This document shows positions 1-13,754 of a stretch of 64,000 nucleotides of DNA, piece by piece; position 1 is the first letter of the stretch; each line of letters opens with the position of its first letter. Location of the stretch: assembly GCA_016748015.1 (NCBI GenBank), contig JAAOMT010000553.1, forward strand, positions 62,001 to 126,000. The letters run 5' to 3'. A program made the position numbers and the translations under genes. This stretch comes from Geosiphon pyriformis uo1. Lineage: Eukaryota > Fungi > Glomeromycota. Below the pieces are notes generated by a model. That model did not search any database and was not told the origin of the DNA. It saw only the letters and a program-made list of their open reading frames with translations.

Positions 1-3000
1 TTTTCTGAGATAGTACTACTCCTAATGCTTAACCAAATGCATTTGTTGTGATTATGAATGACTTGCTATAATCTGAATAGATCAGTACTGGAGCTTGAAT
101 AAGCTTTCTTCTTAATATATCAAGCTTCTTGTTAAGTTTTTGTCTATTTATATCTGGTGTTCTTTGTTTGGAGCTGGTATAATAGCTGAGCCAGTTTAGA
201 AAAATCTTTGATAAAACAGCAGTAATAATCTGTAAATCCTAAGAATGCTTGTAGTTCTGTCAAGTTGGTGGGTACTAGAAAGTTCTTAACTATCTCAATT
301 TTGTCTGGATCTATTTTGATTCCATTTTTGCTTACAACATGTCCCAAAAACTTGAGTTCAGTTTTTCTAAAGAAACACTTGGTTGTATTTAATTTTAATT
401 TAGCTCTTCTTAGTTTTTCAAATACTTGTTGAAAATAGTGTAAATGATCATCAAATGTTTTAGAGAACATGTTAGTGTTGTCCAAATATACGACTACTGA
501 TTTTTATAGTAGTTTAGTATAGACAATTTTTATAAGCCATTGAAATATGGCCAGAGTATTTATCAAGCCAAATGGCATAACTTCAAATTCAAAATTTTCT
601 TCTCAAATTGTAAAAGCCATTTTTTCTTTGTTTTCTGGGTTCATGACTACTTGTCAGTAACCACTGTCTAAGTCTAAAGTTAAAAACCATTTTTTTCCTC
701 CAAAAACATTGAACAGCTCTTGGATCTTTGATGTTAGATAGCTATCTCTTTTGGTTACTCTATTTAGTTTTTGGTAATCCACACAAAAGTGGATTTTTCC
801 ATTTTTCTTACGAATTAGTACTACTGGTGATGACTATAGACTCATTAATGACTGAATTAGTCCATTGTCAAACATCTGATTGATTTTTTGATGAATGATC
901 TTATGGCTGGCTGATGGTACTCTGTATACTCTTTGTTTAATTGGCATTATATCTCCAGTTTTAATTTAATGTTAAATAAAGTCAGTTCTGCCAAATTTGT
1001 TCTTGCTGGCAAAGATGTTATTGAAATTGTTGAGCAATATTTTCAGCTGCATATGTTGCAGTAGGTCTAGATTTCCCAAGTTTATTTGTTCCAATTGTTC
1101 TGGTTGAAACAAATAACATTCTTCTTGTCTGTATATTGTTTGAGATGTAATGTTGACATATCTACACAGTTGTGGAAAGTCTGGAATGGAGTTTGGTAAT
1201 TGTTCTTTAATTTCAATGATTAAATATTTAATAGTGGTTTTTTTTGGTATCTTGATGGTATTTTTTGTGTTGTTGTAAATAGAAATTTTGATGTAACTGT
1301 GGTTTTTGGCTGGTATGTGTAGATTGACTAATCCAATTTCTCCTGATTCACAAAGTGTTGCTTCTGTCTCAAAAATCTGTACTTGATCTTTTATTTTTTT
1401 CTCTATAACTAACATGTACTGGTCATATAGTAGAATGAAAATTAATTGACAAGTGGAGATAATTTTTTCCTTGTCAGCAATTTCTTTTTTTGCCATATTA
1501 ACTGGTACATCTATTCTACCTATTGATCTGAATTCCTATATCTCTCTAGCTGTAATCCCTAATTTTTTACTGTTTTCTACTGATACTAATTGAGCTATTT
1601 TAACCAGAGGCAAGAATATTGCCTATGTTATCTTTTCATTTGGCTCTATAATATAGGCCTTTTTTGAATCATTTTGTAGCATAGCAATGATATTTCTTAC
1701 ATATTCCATGTCAATTATTCTTCTTTTAATATTGATCCCTTTTTTTACTAAACTACTCCTGGATGCTAACTGAACTATTGTCATTGCTAGAATTTCTATG
1801 GCTACTTTCAGATCAATGCATGTACATAAATGTGGTTCTAATTTGATGGCATTTTTTCCTGAATATCTCAAATTAAACTCTGTATTAGTATTATGTACAC
1901 ATTCTGGCATAATACTTTCATTATTATCACTAAACCATTTCAATTCCTACTTTTTGATGAGATTAGGGAGTACAATGTATTGTTCAGAGTTTGAATTGGA
2001 GTTCAAATTATTGTTGTTTTCATTGCCATTTTAAACAGAGCTGGAACCATTGTTTTCATTGTCATTGTTATTGGAGTTTGAATTAGGATTGAAAATTGAT
2101 TTCAATTCTAATGTGCAGCTGCTGATTGGTTCTTTCTCTTTTGGAATTGTATAGATCATGCGTGGTAATAGATTGTAAATAAAATCACACTCATTACAGT
2201 ATTAAAAGTCATATGAGATCAAACAGTGGTCACATAATTGGATGTTTATTTCTTTCAAGTGCTGTTTCTGTTTTTTTTTTGTGGGTGTTAAATTCTAATA
2301 GTGCTTGTAAAACTCTTCTGGACCTGTCTCTATGTCAAGAAAAACATTTGTGTTTGTAATAAGAATGATGTTAAATGGTTCTGGAGGATTATTTTTGATT
2401 TTCAATATTTTGCTGGGCATGGCTCTTTTGACTTTGGCATTTGCCATCTGCCAGATTTTATCTTTGTCATGTGAGTAACCATCCAAATAAGTTATTGCTC
2501 AGTGTTAGACTACAGTAATAGGAGTGTTATGACTGACTCAGTCATTTATAAAGATTGTGTACTGGCACAAAGCATTACATGTTCATCTTTAACCAGAAAT
2601 GTCATTCTACATTTCTTTGTCAAGCAACTGTTTTTTATAAACAAAACATGATTCATTGTTTTACTTGCCTTGTTATTTTGAATAGCCATATCATTCTCTG
2701 TGACATGGCTTGTAATAATAGTGGGTTCACATTCAGTAATTTTTGTTAGATGCAATCCAAGCTTCTATGAAAGAAATTTTTTTGTCACAATCTTGGCATT
2801 TAAGTAGGATATATGGCAGTTGCTTTAGTGGCTTGTGTGAGTAGAATTTTTTCCAGCCACTAGTTATTTCTTTGGTAATGGTGTCTTTTTCTGCTGCATC
2901 CTTTTCCCTTTTTTTCTTTTTGTTGTCCCAAGAAAGTACTGGTAGTAATTCATTGTGCTCAGCATCAGCCCAAGAAACTTGGTAGGCTTTCCAGGTAGGT

Positions 3001-5641
3001 TTTTTTTCTTTTTTTTCCAATTTGATGAGTGGCTTGTCATTGGTAGTAGTCTTGAAATAACTACAAGTGGCTGGCATGCATGTTGTGGCCATTTTAACTG
3101 AGCTGCAATTCTTGGGTGTTTCAGTCAAGCACTGCATTGGTTTTGAACAGCCAGTTGTTTTCAACAAAAGCTTGGTATTAAGTTGCTTTTATTATTAATA
3201 TCTTAATTAGTATTATGATGCTGTTAACTTTAAATAGGAAGTCATCTATTTCACTAATTGGAGTTTTCATTGCCCTATTGGCCATGATTATTTATGCACT
3301 GGCAGTGCAATTAACTCAGCAACTTAATTGATCCATGAGTTGTTATGTGATGATGCTGCCAGCTGATCTACTGTCTAGAATTAGTTTAATGTGCTGCCTA
3401 TCAACTTTAATATCTGTATACATTGCAGTAATGAGTTTTGATTCTAGAGTGACTTTATTGAATAGCAGTGTTTCAACTGGTTCCTTAAGTTCAAAAGGAA
3501 AGATAGCAGTAAGTGATTTGTCCTCAGTAATGATTGCTGGTAATATATTATTGGTAAGTGGCTGCTTTTGTTTGGTTTCCAAGTTGTGAGATGTGGCATC
3601 TTTTGGAGTTATCAAGAGACTTAAATAGTTTTGGGAACTCAGGTTTTGGGTATATCCAGTTTCTGAACTCCACTGGCATAATCCCAATGACTGGTTTGAA
3701 AAGCTGGACATTAGTTAGTAAACAACCATTACTGATCTCCAGTTTTGAGTGATCCTTAATCTGGAATTTCCTGATGTCATCTGAGCTAAATTTGATGATA
3801 GTGTTAGAATTTGTTAGAGTTGATAGATTATTTGGGGCTGCAGCTGATAGATGGGTTGTGTCTGCAGTTGATAAACTACAGCTGCTGGAGACTAATAAAT
3901 TGATGATTAATAGATTGGCTGCTGCATCATAAATAAGTAATTCGGTTGATATGGTGCTAAGTTGGGTTGATAACTCAGAGTTTGAAACTGGCAATTGGGG
4001 TTTCGATATAGGTTTTCCAATTGTTGGTTATTTAATCAATGATAGCAGTCAATTTGTAGATGTCTTTGTTTACCACAATAGTGGCAAGCACATGTTTTCT
4101 GTTGCCACTGTTGATTGGTTGATGATGATAGACACAATAGATTTTGGAAATGATTGAAGTTTCCTTAATTATTGTATTGTTAAAGAGGTTAATAAATTGT
4201 CTGATTATTGTTAGCTAAGTATCCCTCTAATTTCTAATTGATCAAGTTACTAAATTGTTTCAATTTGGAATCCAAATCAGATGATCTGTTTATTACTAGA
4301 TTTATGGCTTGGGCATGATTGGCTTTTAATTTAGCAGCTTTAAAATCTTTGGCATAGATGACTGCAGTTTGAAGATTTGCTGGATATAATAGACATATGC
4401 ATTGAAGAATACTACTGCACAGGCCTCTGATGAATTGATTTAGTATTTGTGGTGCTGTAAAATAATCAGCTTGAATTGCCTAAATTTGGCACAGATTTTT
4501 ATAAAAGCATCCTAAATAGATAGTGACTGCTTTATTTTCTCCTTGTTTGATGGTGGTAAAAATATTTGCTAGACAATTAATGCTATTATTATTGCTAAAA
4601 TATTGTAAGAATACAAGCTTAAATCTATTAAAGTTCTGAGGTTTGTTGGCCAAGCTTTGATATCATGAGTTAACAGTATCCTGAAAAAAGTATGGAATGG
4701 CTTGCATAGCTTTGGCATCATTCCATCTGTTGGTTGTGATGGTTTTTTTGACATTGTTTAGCCATATTTGGACATTATCTTTTTTACTGGTAAATTTTTC
4801 TATTTTGGTAATTGGAGTGTAGGCCATTAGTTGTTGTTATGGTTACTATTGTGGTTGCTGTTAAAATTGTTGTTGGGGTAGTGGTTGTAGCTGTTATTGC
4901 TGTTCAGTAATTAGTGGAATGGGTAGTGGATTAATCTCGATTACTGGAGATAAGTTTTGCTGATTAATTATTTCAGAGTTTAGATCATTCTGATTTTCCA
5001 GAGTTTGAATATTTAGGGTTTTGATTTCTGAATTTTCTAGGATTGGATTTCGCTTGCTAATTTCTTGATCACTACTTTTTTCTTCCTTAGAATTGGTTAT
5101 TTTCCAAGGACTAATGGCTCTGAAATCTGGTTGTGGTAATGGTAATCAAATTTCTGATGGCATTGGGGATTGCAATTTAAATTCCTCAAAATAATTGCTA
5201 TATGTTCCTAATAACTCTGCTTTCTTTTGTTTACTTTGAAACAGGATTCTGTTCAGTAGTGTTGTTGCACTTGCTGTAGCCACACTTATTATATTGATAG
5301 TACTTCCAAGTATGTAATAATATAATAGATTAGCAGATAAATCAAATTTTTGTTTCTTCCAAGTGAGTAGTTAAATTTGTTTTGGTATTCTGGCTGGTGT
5401 TTGTAACCTTCTTTTTCCTTTGTCAGCAAAAGTGATAGGAAATCTCTGCTTGATATATTTTTCAATTTTTCTGTTTATTTCTGTGATTAGTGATGTGAAT
5501 AAGTAGTTTTGTGAAAGAATGGTGCTCTGGAGTAGTTCACTAAAGAAGTTATTGAAGATAGATTCTGGATCTCCTTGGCCTTCTAAATGATATACTATTC
5601 TTTTGTTAATGTAGCAGTTAAAAGCTGATTCTGTTGGCTAA

Positions 5642-6621
5642 TGTTACCAGACAAAATTAGAGATATCATTGAGCATGAAACTATCTTATAATTCCTATCA
5701 TTAATTAGCATATATTATTGTTTCAAATTATCACTTATTACATTAGCAAAAATGTCTGAAATTATCATTTAATTAATAACCCAAATTGTATACAACACAA
5801 ATTTAACCTAATTGCGATGATCAATCATGCAATACCCCGAACTATGTAACATTTAAAAGTTCACCAAAATTTATAGAAATTTGCCGAAATAATTGATAGT
5901 TCACCGAAATATTTAATAGTTCGCAGAAATAACTTGTAGTTTGCCGAAATATATCTTTAGTTCAGCAAAATTGTAGAAAATAGCAAAGTTCAAGTTCATA
6001 GAATAGTGTTATGACAAGTTGTATAAAAAGAAGAGCTTCTTTTTTCGAGAAAATGTATCTTACTTTAGATTTATCACTTAGAACCATTCCTACACACACA
6101 AAAAGAAATAAATATCAAATAATTTAAAAAACCAAATTCTTTAATTATTGCACTTGGAAAATCCTCAAAACCCAATTAAAGTTTTGAAATTAATTAGCTA
6201 CCAATTTCAATAATCTGTTAGTGACTCCAAGCCTGGATTGAAAACGTTTCTCTTGACAGAATTTCATTTCTTTTACATCTTTTTATTTTTTTCTTTTATT
6301 TTCTTACTATAATCATTAGGGTAGCCTACAGACAAGATTTCTGTAGAAGAGTTGACTTTCACAGCAAAGTAACTATACATTTTAGTGAGCTTCCAGACAA
6401 GCAATTCCTGGGAAAGAGTTGATGTTTACTACAATGTAACTACATAAAGTAACTGGCACAGAATTGGCCATTCCACTTATAAGCCCAGCAATTCAAATTA
6501 TAGGAGATAATTTGAAGATAAATTCAGTTACTGGAGGTTCAACCACATTCAGAAAATGTGAATTCACAGCAAACAAGCATTGACAACATTTAAAAAAAGA
6601 GACCAAAAACCTCCGGTAACA
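5642..6621 (+). repeat. 5' LTR of the family A element (980 bp)
   Basis: Direct repeat of 14401-15380 with terminal inverted TGTTACC/GGTAACA. Confidence 0.96.
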
Positions 6622-6623
6622 TT

Positions 6624-6639
6624 TGGTGCTCTCTCACGG
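6624..6639 (+). other. Primer-binding site TGGTGCTCTCTCACGG (complementary to a tRNA ending ...GAGCACCA; tRNA identity not assigned)
   Basis: Begins with TGG 2 nt after the 5' LTR. Family B has related TGGTGCT-type PBSs. Confidence 0.8.
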
Positions 6640-6660
6640 AAATAACACAGCAACAACAAA

Positions 6661-7565
6661 TTCAAAGTGGCAACCACCTCAGACATCACAACCTTAGAGT
6701 ACTATCAATCAATTTACACACACTGCAAACAATGATTTAAAATACGCGATGGAATCATAGCTTTTAAGAAAACACTTTTTCAATACATTGAAAATCGAAT
6801 CAACGACTATCTTTTTGGAAACTATAACATTACAACAGTTAAAAGAGATCTTCTTGAGAACATACTATACTATTCCAACACTGAATCAGAAAACATTAGT
6901 GCTGAAGCTTGCGCTACTTATTTTGAAGAACTTGATTATAATATCATTCGATTCTGTAAAAAAAAATATTCTGCAAATGCACAATTTGTCTTTAAACTCG
7001 AATCTGAACCTGAAACCAGTAGCAACAAAAGACAAAGAGATAACTGACCTGTTCACACAACACCCAATACTCCCAAAATATCATTCAAACATTTACAAAC
7101 ACCTGAACAAGGAACCAGTTCAAAACTTCTACTTACTATCACACCTTTTTCAGCTTCACTTGCACAAACACAAACATCTAATTTACCCTTAAATCGATTT
7201 GCAAGACCAGAAGATTTTACATTACTCAGAAGTCCCATTAGACAACAAGAACCCCTTTAAACTAGTTCCAATCTCCTTGATTTTCTAGCTGAAAATCAAA
7301 GTGAACACTCTGAGACAGCAGCAAACAAAGAAAACAACTCTGAAATAACTGAAGAAGAATCAATAGACAGTGAAAAGGAAGAAGACGAAATGACAACATA
7401 CATTGCAAAAATCCCTGAATTCAATGGAGAAGATATTGAGACCAGTCCCCAAGAATGGCTTGACCAAGTTACTAAAGCTGGAGATGCAAATGGATGGAAT
7501 GCTGCCAGAATGTTAAGAACAATTCCCTACTTTCTCAAAGAAACAGCAGAAGAATGGTTTGAAAA
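6661..7565 (+). pseudogene. gag of the family A element (5' part; remainder lies in the N gap)
   Basis: KIPEFNGEDIETSPQEWLDQVTKAGDANGWNAARMLRTIPYFLKETAEEWF is a retrotransposon gag capsid motif. Upstream part contains stops. Confidence 0.8.
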
Positions 7566-8472
7566 NNNNNNNNNNNNNNNNNNNNNNNNNNNNNNNNNNN
7601 NNNNNNNNNNNNNNNNNNNNNNNNNNNNNNNNNNNNNNNNNNNNNNNNNNNNNNNNNNNNNNNNNNNNNNNNNNNNNNNNNNNNNNNNNNNNNNNNNNNN
7701 NNNNNNNNNNNNNNNNNNNNNNNNNNNNNNNNNNNNNNNNNNNNNNNNNNNNNNNNNNNNNNNNNNNNNNNNNNNNNNNNNNNNNNNNNNNNNNNNNNNN
7801 NNNNNNNNNNNNNNNNNNNNNNNNNNNNNNNNNNNNNNNNNNNNNNNNNNNNNNNNNNNNNNNNNNNNNNNNNNNNNNNNNNNNNNNNNNNNNNNNNNNN
7901 NNNNNNNNNNNNNNNNNNNNNNNNNNNNNNNNNNNNNNNNNNNNNNNNNNNNNNNNNNNNNNNNNNNNNNNNNNNNNNNNNNNNNNNNNNNNNNNNNNNN
8001 NNNNNNNNNNNNNNNNNNNNNNNNNNNNNNNNNNNNNNNNNNNNNNNNNNNNNNNNNNNNNNNNNNNNNNNNNNNNNNNNNNNNNNNNNNNNNNNNNNNN
8101 NNNNNNNNNNNNNNNNNNNNNNNNNNNNNNNNNNNNNNNNNNNNNNNNNNNNNNNNNNNNNNNNNNNNNNNNNNNNNNNNNNNNNNNNNNNNNNNNNNNN
8201 NNNNNNNNNNNNNNNNNNNNNNNNNNNNNNNNNNNNNNNNNNNNNNNNNNNNNNNNNNNNNNNNNNNNNNNNNNNNNNNNNNNNNNNNNNNNNNNNNNNN
8301 NNNNNNNNNNNNNNNNNNNNNNNNNNNNNNNNNNNNNNNNNNNNNNNNNNNNNNNNNNNNNNNNNNNNNNNNNNNNNNNNNNNNNNNNNNNNNNNNNNNN
8401 NNNNNNNNNNNNNNNNNNNNNNNNNNNNNNNNNNNNNNNNNNNNNNNNNNNNNNNNNNNNNNNNNNNNNNNN
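7566..8472. other. Assembly gap (907 N)
   Basis: Run of N. ORFs that span it are artefacts. Confidence 0.99.
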
Positions 8473-8574
8473 GCTAAAAACACTAACCTTTCAGATATAT
8501 TTCCTTTTGAGTTCAAAGCAAATGAGTTACCATTTCTGCTTAGCAATGCAGCTGCCAATGAACAAAAAGCAATC

Positions 8575-8960
8575 ACGGCCATGTACACTGAAGCCGAAGT
8601 CGAAGGAAAGACAATTCACTTAATTCTAGACAGTGGATCTGCCAGAAGCATTATCACCTACCAGTTAATGCAACAGTTGAAAAGAAATGTTGACCGACCA
8701 GCTCAAACAGTAATTGTCACTGCCGATGGCATGAAAAAGACCCCAGTAGGAGAAATTGACAATTTTCCATTCACTCTTGATGGAATCACCATTCCAGTCA
8801 AAGTTCTTGTAATGGATGCACCCCAATACTAAGCTCTCGTCAGAAATGATTGGCTTCAAAAAGCCAATGCTAATTTGAATTGGAAAACATAAGAGTTAAC
8901 AATCTCCTACCAAGAACAACACACCCAGGTACCTGCCATTTGTGGTACATTCAACAAACA
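8575..8960 (+). pseudogene. Retropepsin-like aspartic protease of the family A element
   Basis: IHLILDSGSARSII catalytic motif, followed by VTADG and a degenerate ALVGNDWL motif. Interrupted by stops. Confidence 0.9.
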
Positions 8961-9894
8961 CTCTGAAAAAGCCCCGGCTTTTGAATTTGAACTGGAAGAA
9001 GAAAAACCCCTCATTAAAACATTCATGGCTCTTGGATCAATGTCCAACTGGGCCAATGAAACAGAACAAGAACATTTTACCCTGTACTCTGAACCCGAAA
9101 CCTCTGAATGGAATATACCTTACTCAAAACCCGAACCAAGGAAACAATGCCCCTATATTCCCCTTAAATGTAAGGACTGCCACAAAAAACTATCGTCAAT
9201 GGGAGCCTGCATTTCATCTGAAGAAGAATATGAAAATCATACTTGTTATTACTGCAAGACTTGTCACAGAGAACGATAGGGCCATCTAATAAAAAAGAGC
9301 AGAAAATGGGACAACACCCCTTGTTTGACTTGTGGAGATATGCTACTGGAAGAATGCAATTGGATTGATGTAGCCATAAGAGGAGGAGTCTGTGATCAGA
9401 TCTGCCAATATGCTTTATCAATTTCAGAAAAAGTAAAAAGAGGAACACCCTTTAATGCAGCATACAACAGTGCTTTTAACAAACTTTATCACTACCCCTA
9501 TGATGCCGAAATGATTTTTGACCTAGCAATGGCATTAATTAATAGAGCTACCAAAGAAAATGTTCGCCAAATGAAGGAAGCAGAATACATTGAATACACC
9601 ATGGAATTAGCTGGATTCGATTATGAAGACGAAGTAAAAGTCTACCACCAAATCACAAGTCACACCTATCCAACCCAAGAAGCTCAAATTCAACAATTAG
9701 AGCAAATGAACATTAGGCTATGTGAAGAATGTATTATGCCTTGTAATAAACAGTGGTGTCCTGAATGCTATGCTCTTAGCATTCCCTTGCCCAGCAAAAA
9801 TGATGAATACAAAATTGAATTTGGAGAACTTGAAGTGACAGAAGAAATTAAGACAACACCTATCTATCTCATCGAAAATCAGCCTGCTTTACAA

Positions 9895-10320
9895 CTCAAA
9901 TATTTCAACAACAATGGACAAGGAATAAAACCAGAAAAAGCCCACAAAATCGATGCTGGATATGATCTAAGATATTCAGGAAAAGATACTCTTACTCTCA
10001 AACCCAAATTTCTCACAAAAATTAACCTCAAAATTGCCCTCAAAATCCCACCAGGAGCAATGGTTCAAATTGCTTCTCAATCATCCTTGGCAAGCAAAGA
10101 AATCAATGTTAGAGGAGGAATCATCGATGCTGAATACACAGGAGACATCACAGTCATATTACAAAATGAAACTGATAAATCTTTCAAAATTGGATATGCT
10201 GAAAAAAATTGCTCAAGCTATCTATCTACCCTTAATTAACATTTTGGGTTTACAATTAGTTAATTAAAGAGAACAGTTGGGAAAAAGCGAAAAAGAAACA
10301 CAAGGTTTTGGTTCAACTGA
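9895..10320 (+). pseudogene. dUTPase domain of the family A element
   Basis: Degenerate forms of all five dUTPase motifs: DAGYDL; IASQSSLA; GGIIDAEYTGDI; EKIAQAI (after a frameshift); QGFGST. Confidence 0.9.
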
Positions 10321-10849
10321 ACGTTTCACAGTTCCAGTAAACATAGCTCTCAATGAACAGAAAGAATCTCACCAGATTTTACAACTTCTACAACCAATTA
10401 CCATTTCACTCTTTGGAGAACACTCTGAAATTTACATTTGTGAAAAGTCAACAACCACACAACAAATTTTTGAATCAAATGAACAAATCTGCTTGAAACA
10501 TAATATCTCAATTCCAAACATTTATATTCCAGAAGAAACAAAGAAAGTCCGAATTACTTTTTACAATCCCAACAATTATCTCATAGTTTTATTAAATAAC
10601 TTAGAAATTGGAATCATTCACAGTAACATATTTCAACAAGAATTACCCCAAACAGTCCTCAATTTTTCTGAAATTATTGGACATTCACTACCAAAAATCA
10701 ATCCAAATCCCAGCTCCAAAAACTACCATGTTGTCATGGAAAAACTATCTCAAATCAACATGGGACAACTTGAACCACAACAACAGACCCAGCTCAAAGA
10801 ACTAATTGCAGAATTTGCTGATATTTTCGCTGAAAACAACAATGACTTA

Positions 10850-12150
10850 GAAAGAACTGATTTGGTCCAACACCAAATTTATACAGGAGATGCCAAACCA
10901 AGAAGACAACAAGAATATCAAGTTGCTCCAGAAAGCCACCAATTTATCTGAGAAAAAGTACAACAGATGCTTAACAATAAACTTATCCAACCATCAATGA
11001 GTCCATGGGCCTTACCAGTGGTTCTAGTTAAAAAGAAGAATGAAAAAATATAATTTTGTGTTGATTATCAACAACTTAACAGTGTCACCATTGGGGATGC
11101 TTACCCTCTTCCGTAAATCGATGACATGTTAGATGCCCTTGGAAAATCTAAATACTTTTCAACATTAGATCTAGAAAGCGAATACTGGCAAGTTACCATG
11201 GATCTCAAGAACCACCCCAAAACAGCATTCACAACACAAGGAGGAAATTATGAATTCAATATAATGCTCTTTGGATTATGCAATGTCCCAGCAACATTCC
11301 AAAGACTCATGGATGTTGTATATGCTGAACTCCTTTGAAAATCAGTAGTTGTCTATCTTGATGACACTGATGTTTATTCCCCATCTTTCGGACTTCATTT
11401 AATTCACCTGCAAGAAGTTTTTCAATGATTACATAGAGCAGGATTAAAACTAAACATTGAAAAATGCCATTTTGGAAAAACAAGTTTGGCCTTTCTTGGT
11501 TACATAGTTAGTGAAAAAGGAGTCAAACCAGATCTAAGAAAAATCAGTGCTGTTAAGAACTTCAAAGTTCCATGAAATACTACAGAACTAAGAGGATTTA
11601 TAAGATTAACATTCTACTATTGGAAGTTTATCAAAGAATTCTCAGAAATTGCAAAACCTCTCAACCAGCTCACCACCAAAAACGTGGAATACAAATGGAC
11701 TACCAAACACCAAAAAGCTTTTGAAATTCTCAAGGAAAAACTGACAACAGCTCCAATCCTCACCTACCCGGATTTCAGCAACCGATTTTGACTAGCTACA
11801 GATGCTTCATATACTGTCTTTGGTGCCATCTTATCACAACTAGAGGACAATGGAAATGAGCAAGTAATTGCTTATGCTAGCAGAACATTAAAACCAGCTG
11901 AGAAAAACTACCTTGTCACAAAACTAGAAACAGCAGCCATAATTTGGGCCCTACACCATTTCAACCTTTATCTCAGGCCTAAAGAATTCGATATTATTAC
12001 TGATAATATTGGACTCAAATGGCTTCAGAACAAAAATACTCAGCTGAATGCAAAACAAACCCGATGGACAGGATTTCTAGCAAATTATTGATACATAGGA
12101 CATCACAAACCAAGAAAACTCCACACCAATGTTGACTGTCTCTCCAGAAT
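10850..12150 (+). pseudogene. Reverse transcriptase and RNase H of the family A element
   Basis: FSTLDLESEYWQV; FGLCNVPATFQRLMD; YLDD at 11354-11365; RNase H LATDAS..IAYASR..AEKNY. Multiple stops. Confidence 0.95.
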
Positions 12151-12199
12151 GAGACAAGATTAGAAAACAAAAACCAACTTAACCAACCAAAAGAGCCAA

Positions 12200-13540
12200 C
12201 AAACAATGAATTCAGAAAACTACAACAATCTCAAACAATATTTGGAAACATTAACAATCCCAACAGATTGGTCTCCAGATAAAAAACATTAACTACAACA
12301 ACAAGCCAAACAATATTTTCTACACAACAACATTATTTATCATCGAAATTTCAAAAACCCAGACAAACCACTCAGACTAATACAAGAACAGGAAAAAGAG
12401 ACCATATTATATAACATGCACTTAGATCCTTTATCAGCACACTTCGGAAAAGATAGCACCACTCAAAGAACACTAGAATACTACTTTTGGCCTCGAATGA
12501 GGAAAAACATTCACAAATATGTCAAATCTTGTAATAGTTGTCAAAAAAGAGGAAGAACATGCCCTACTGAACCATTAAATCCAATCAAAGTTGGACAACC
12601 CTTTGACCGAGTTGGTATCAATTTAGTCGGACCATTATCTATCACCACTCAAGAAAACCATTATATTGCAGTAGCTATAGACTATCTTACTAAATGGCCC
12701 AAAGTCAGAGCCATTCAACGAGCAGATGTGAAATCAGTAGCAAATTTCATCTATGAAGACATCATTTGTAGACACGGATGTCCAATTGAACTTTTATCCA
12801 ACCAGGGAACACATTTTGTGAACAACCTAATATAAGAAATTTGCAAACAATTCAATGTCAAAAGACCTCTGTCTTCGCCCTATCATCCACAAACAAATGA
12901 ACTTGTGGAATGTTTTAACAAAATATTGTGTGAGTTATTAGCCAAAGTCTCAACTGATTTTAAGCAAGAATGGGATATTTTTATTCCATCAGTGTTACTA
13001 GCATATAGAACACTAAAACAAGATACCACAAAACACACACCATTTGATTTAACTTACGGAAAGACAGCAATGCTACCAATTAAGTTCACAGTGGAAACAT
13101 ACTCAGCACAACCAATCAATAAAAACAATTTTCAAGAAACACTTCAACGAAGAGCCTACACTCTGCTTAGCACGTTGAAAAGAAAACAACAAATAGCAGC
13201 CACCCATATTGAAAACTCCCAAGCTCGACAAAAAGAACAGCATAATGACAAATTGTCTTCAGTCACCAATGAATTTAAAATTGGAAACAAAGTTCTCTTA
13301 CACAGAACTAAAGCTGAAAAACAATGGAGTGAGAAATTTGAAAATAAATGAGATGGATCATTCTTTATCCATGAAGGTTTAGACAACGGATCATACAAGC
13401 TAAGACTTGATGACAAAATTCTAGCAAAAGTGGCACATGGAGATCGTTTGAAACACTATAATTCCAGAAACAATCCTGAATTATTAATTCCACAAATTGG
13501 TACACATTTCCCTTTAATCAATCCTGAAGACATTCCCTGA
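12200..13540 (+). pseudogene. Integrase of the family A element (HHCC, rve core, GPF/Y-like C-terminus; no chromodomain seen)
   Basis: H..AHFG...CNSCQ; GINLVGPL; LSNQGTHF (catalytic D>N); SPYHPQTN; DGSFFIHEGLDNGSYKL. Confidence 0.93.
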
Positions 13541-13754
13541 AATTTAGAACCAATAGTTGTCATTGAACAGCCTCCCAACTTGAACACTTAATTTAAATTA
13601 ATTATTATAGTTATCTTCTTATAATTTAAAAACAATCTCACAAAAACAAAACAAAAATAACATAAAAACCCATGCACCAAAAATAATTTTCTTTTATTTC
13701 AAATTGCTTATAATGACTATTCCTCAAAACATTTAACAATTATCCCAAAAACTA

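Noticed and set aside
5858-5975. CRISPR-like array
   Set aside because: The units are short and degenerate, have no real spacers, and lie inside a eukaryotic LTR with no cas genes.
7390-8832. Long ORFs of 353-480 aa in the ORF track
   Set aside because: Their length is an artefact of the N gap.
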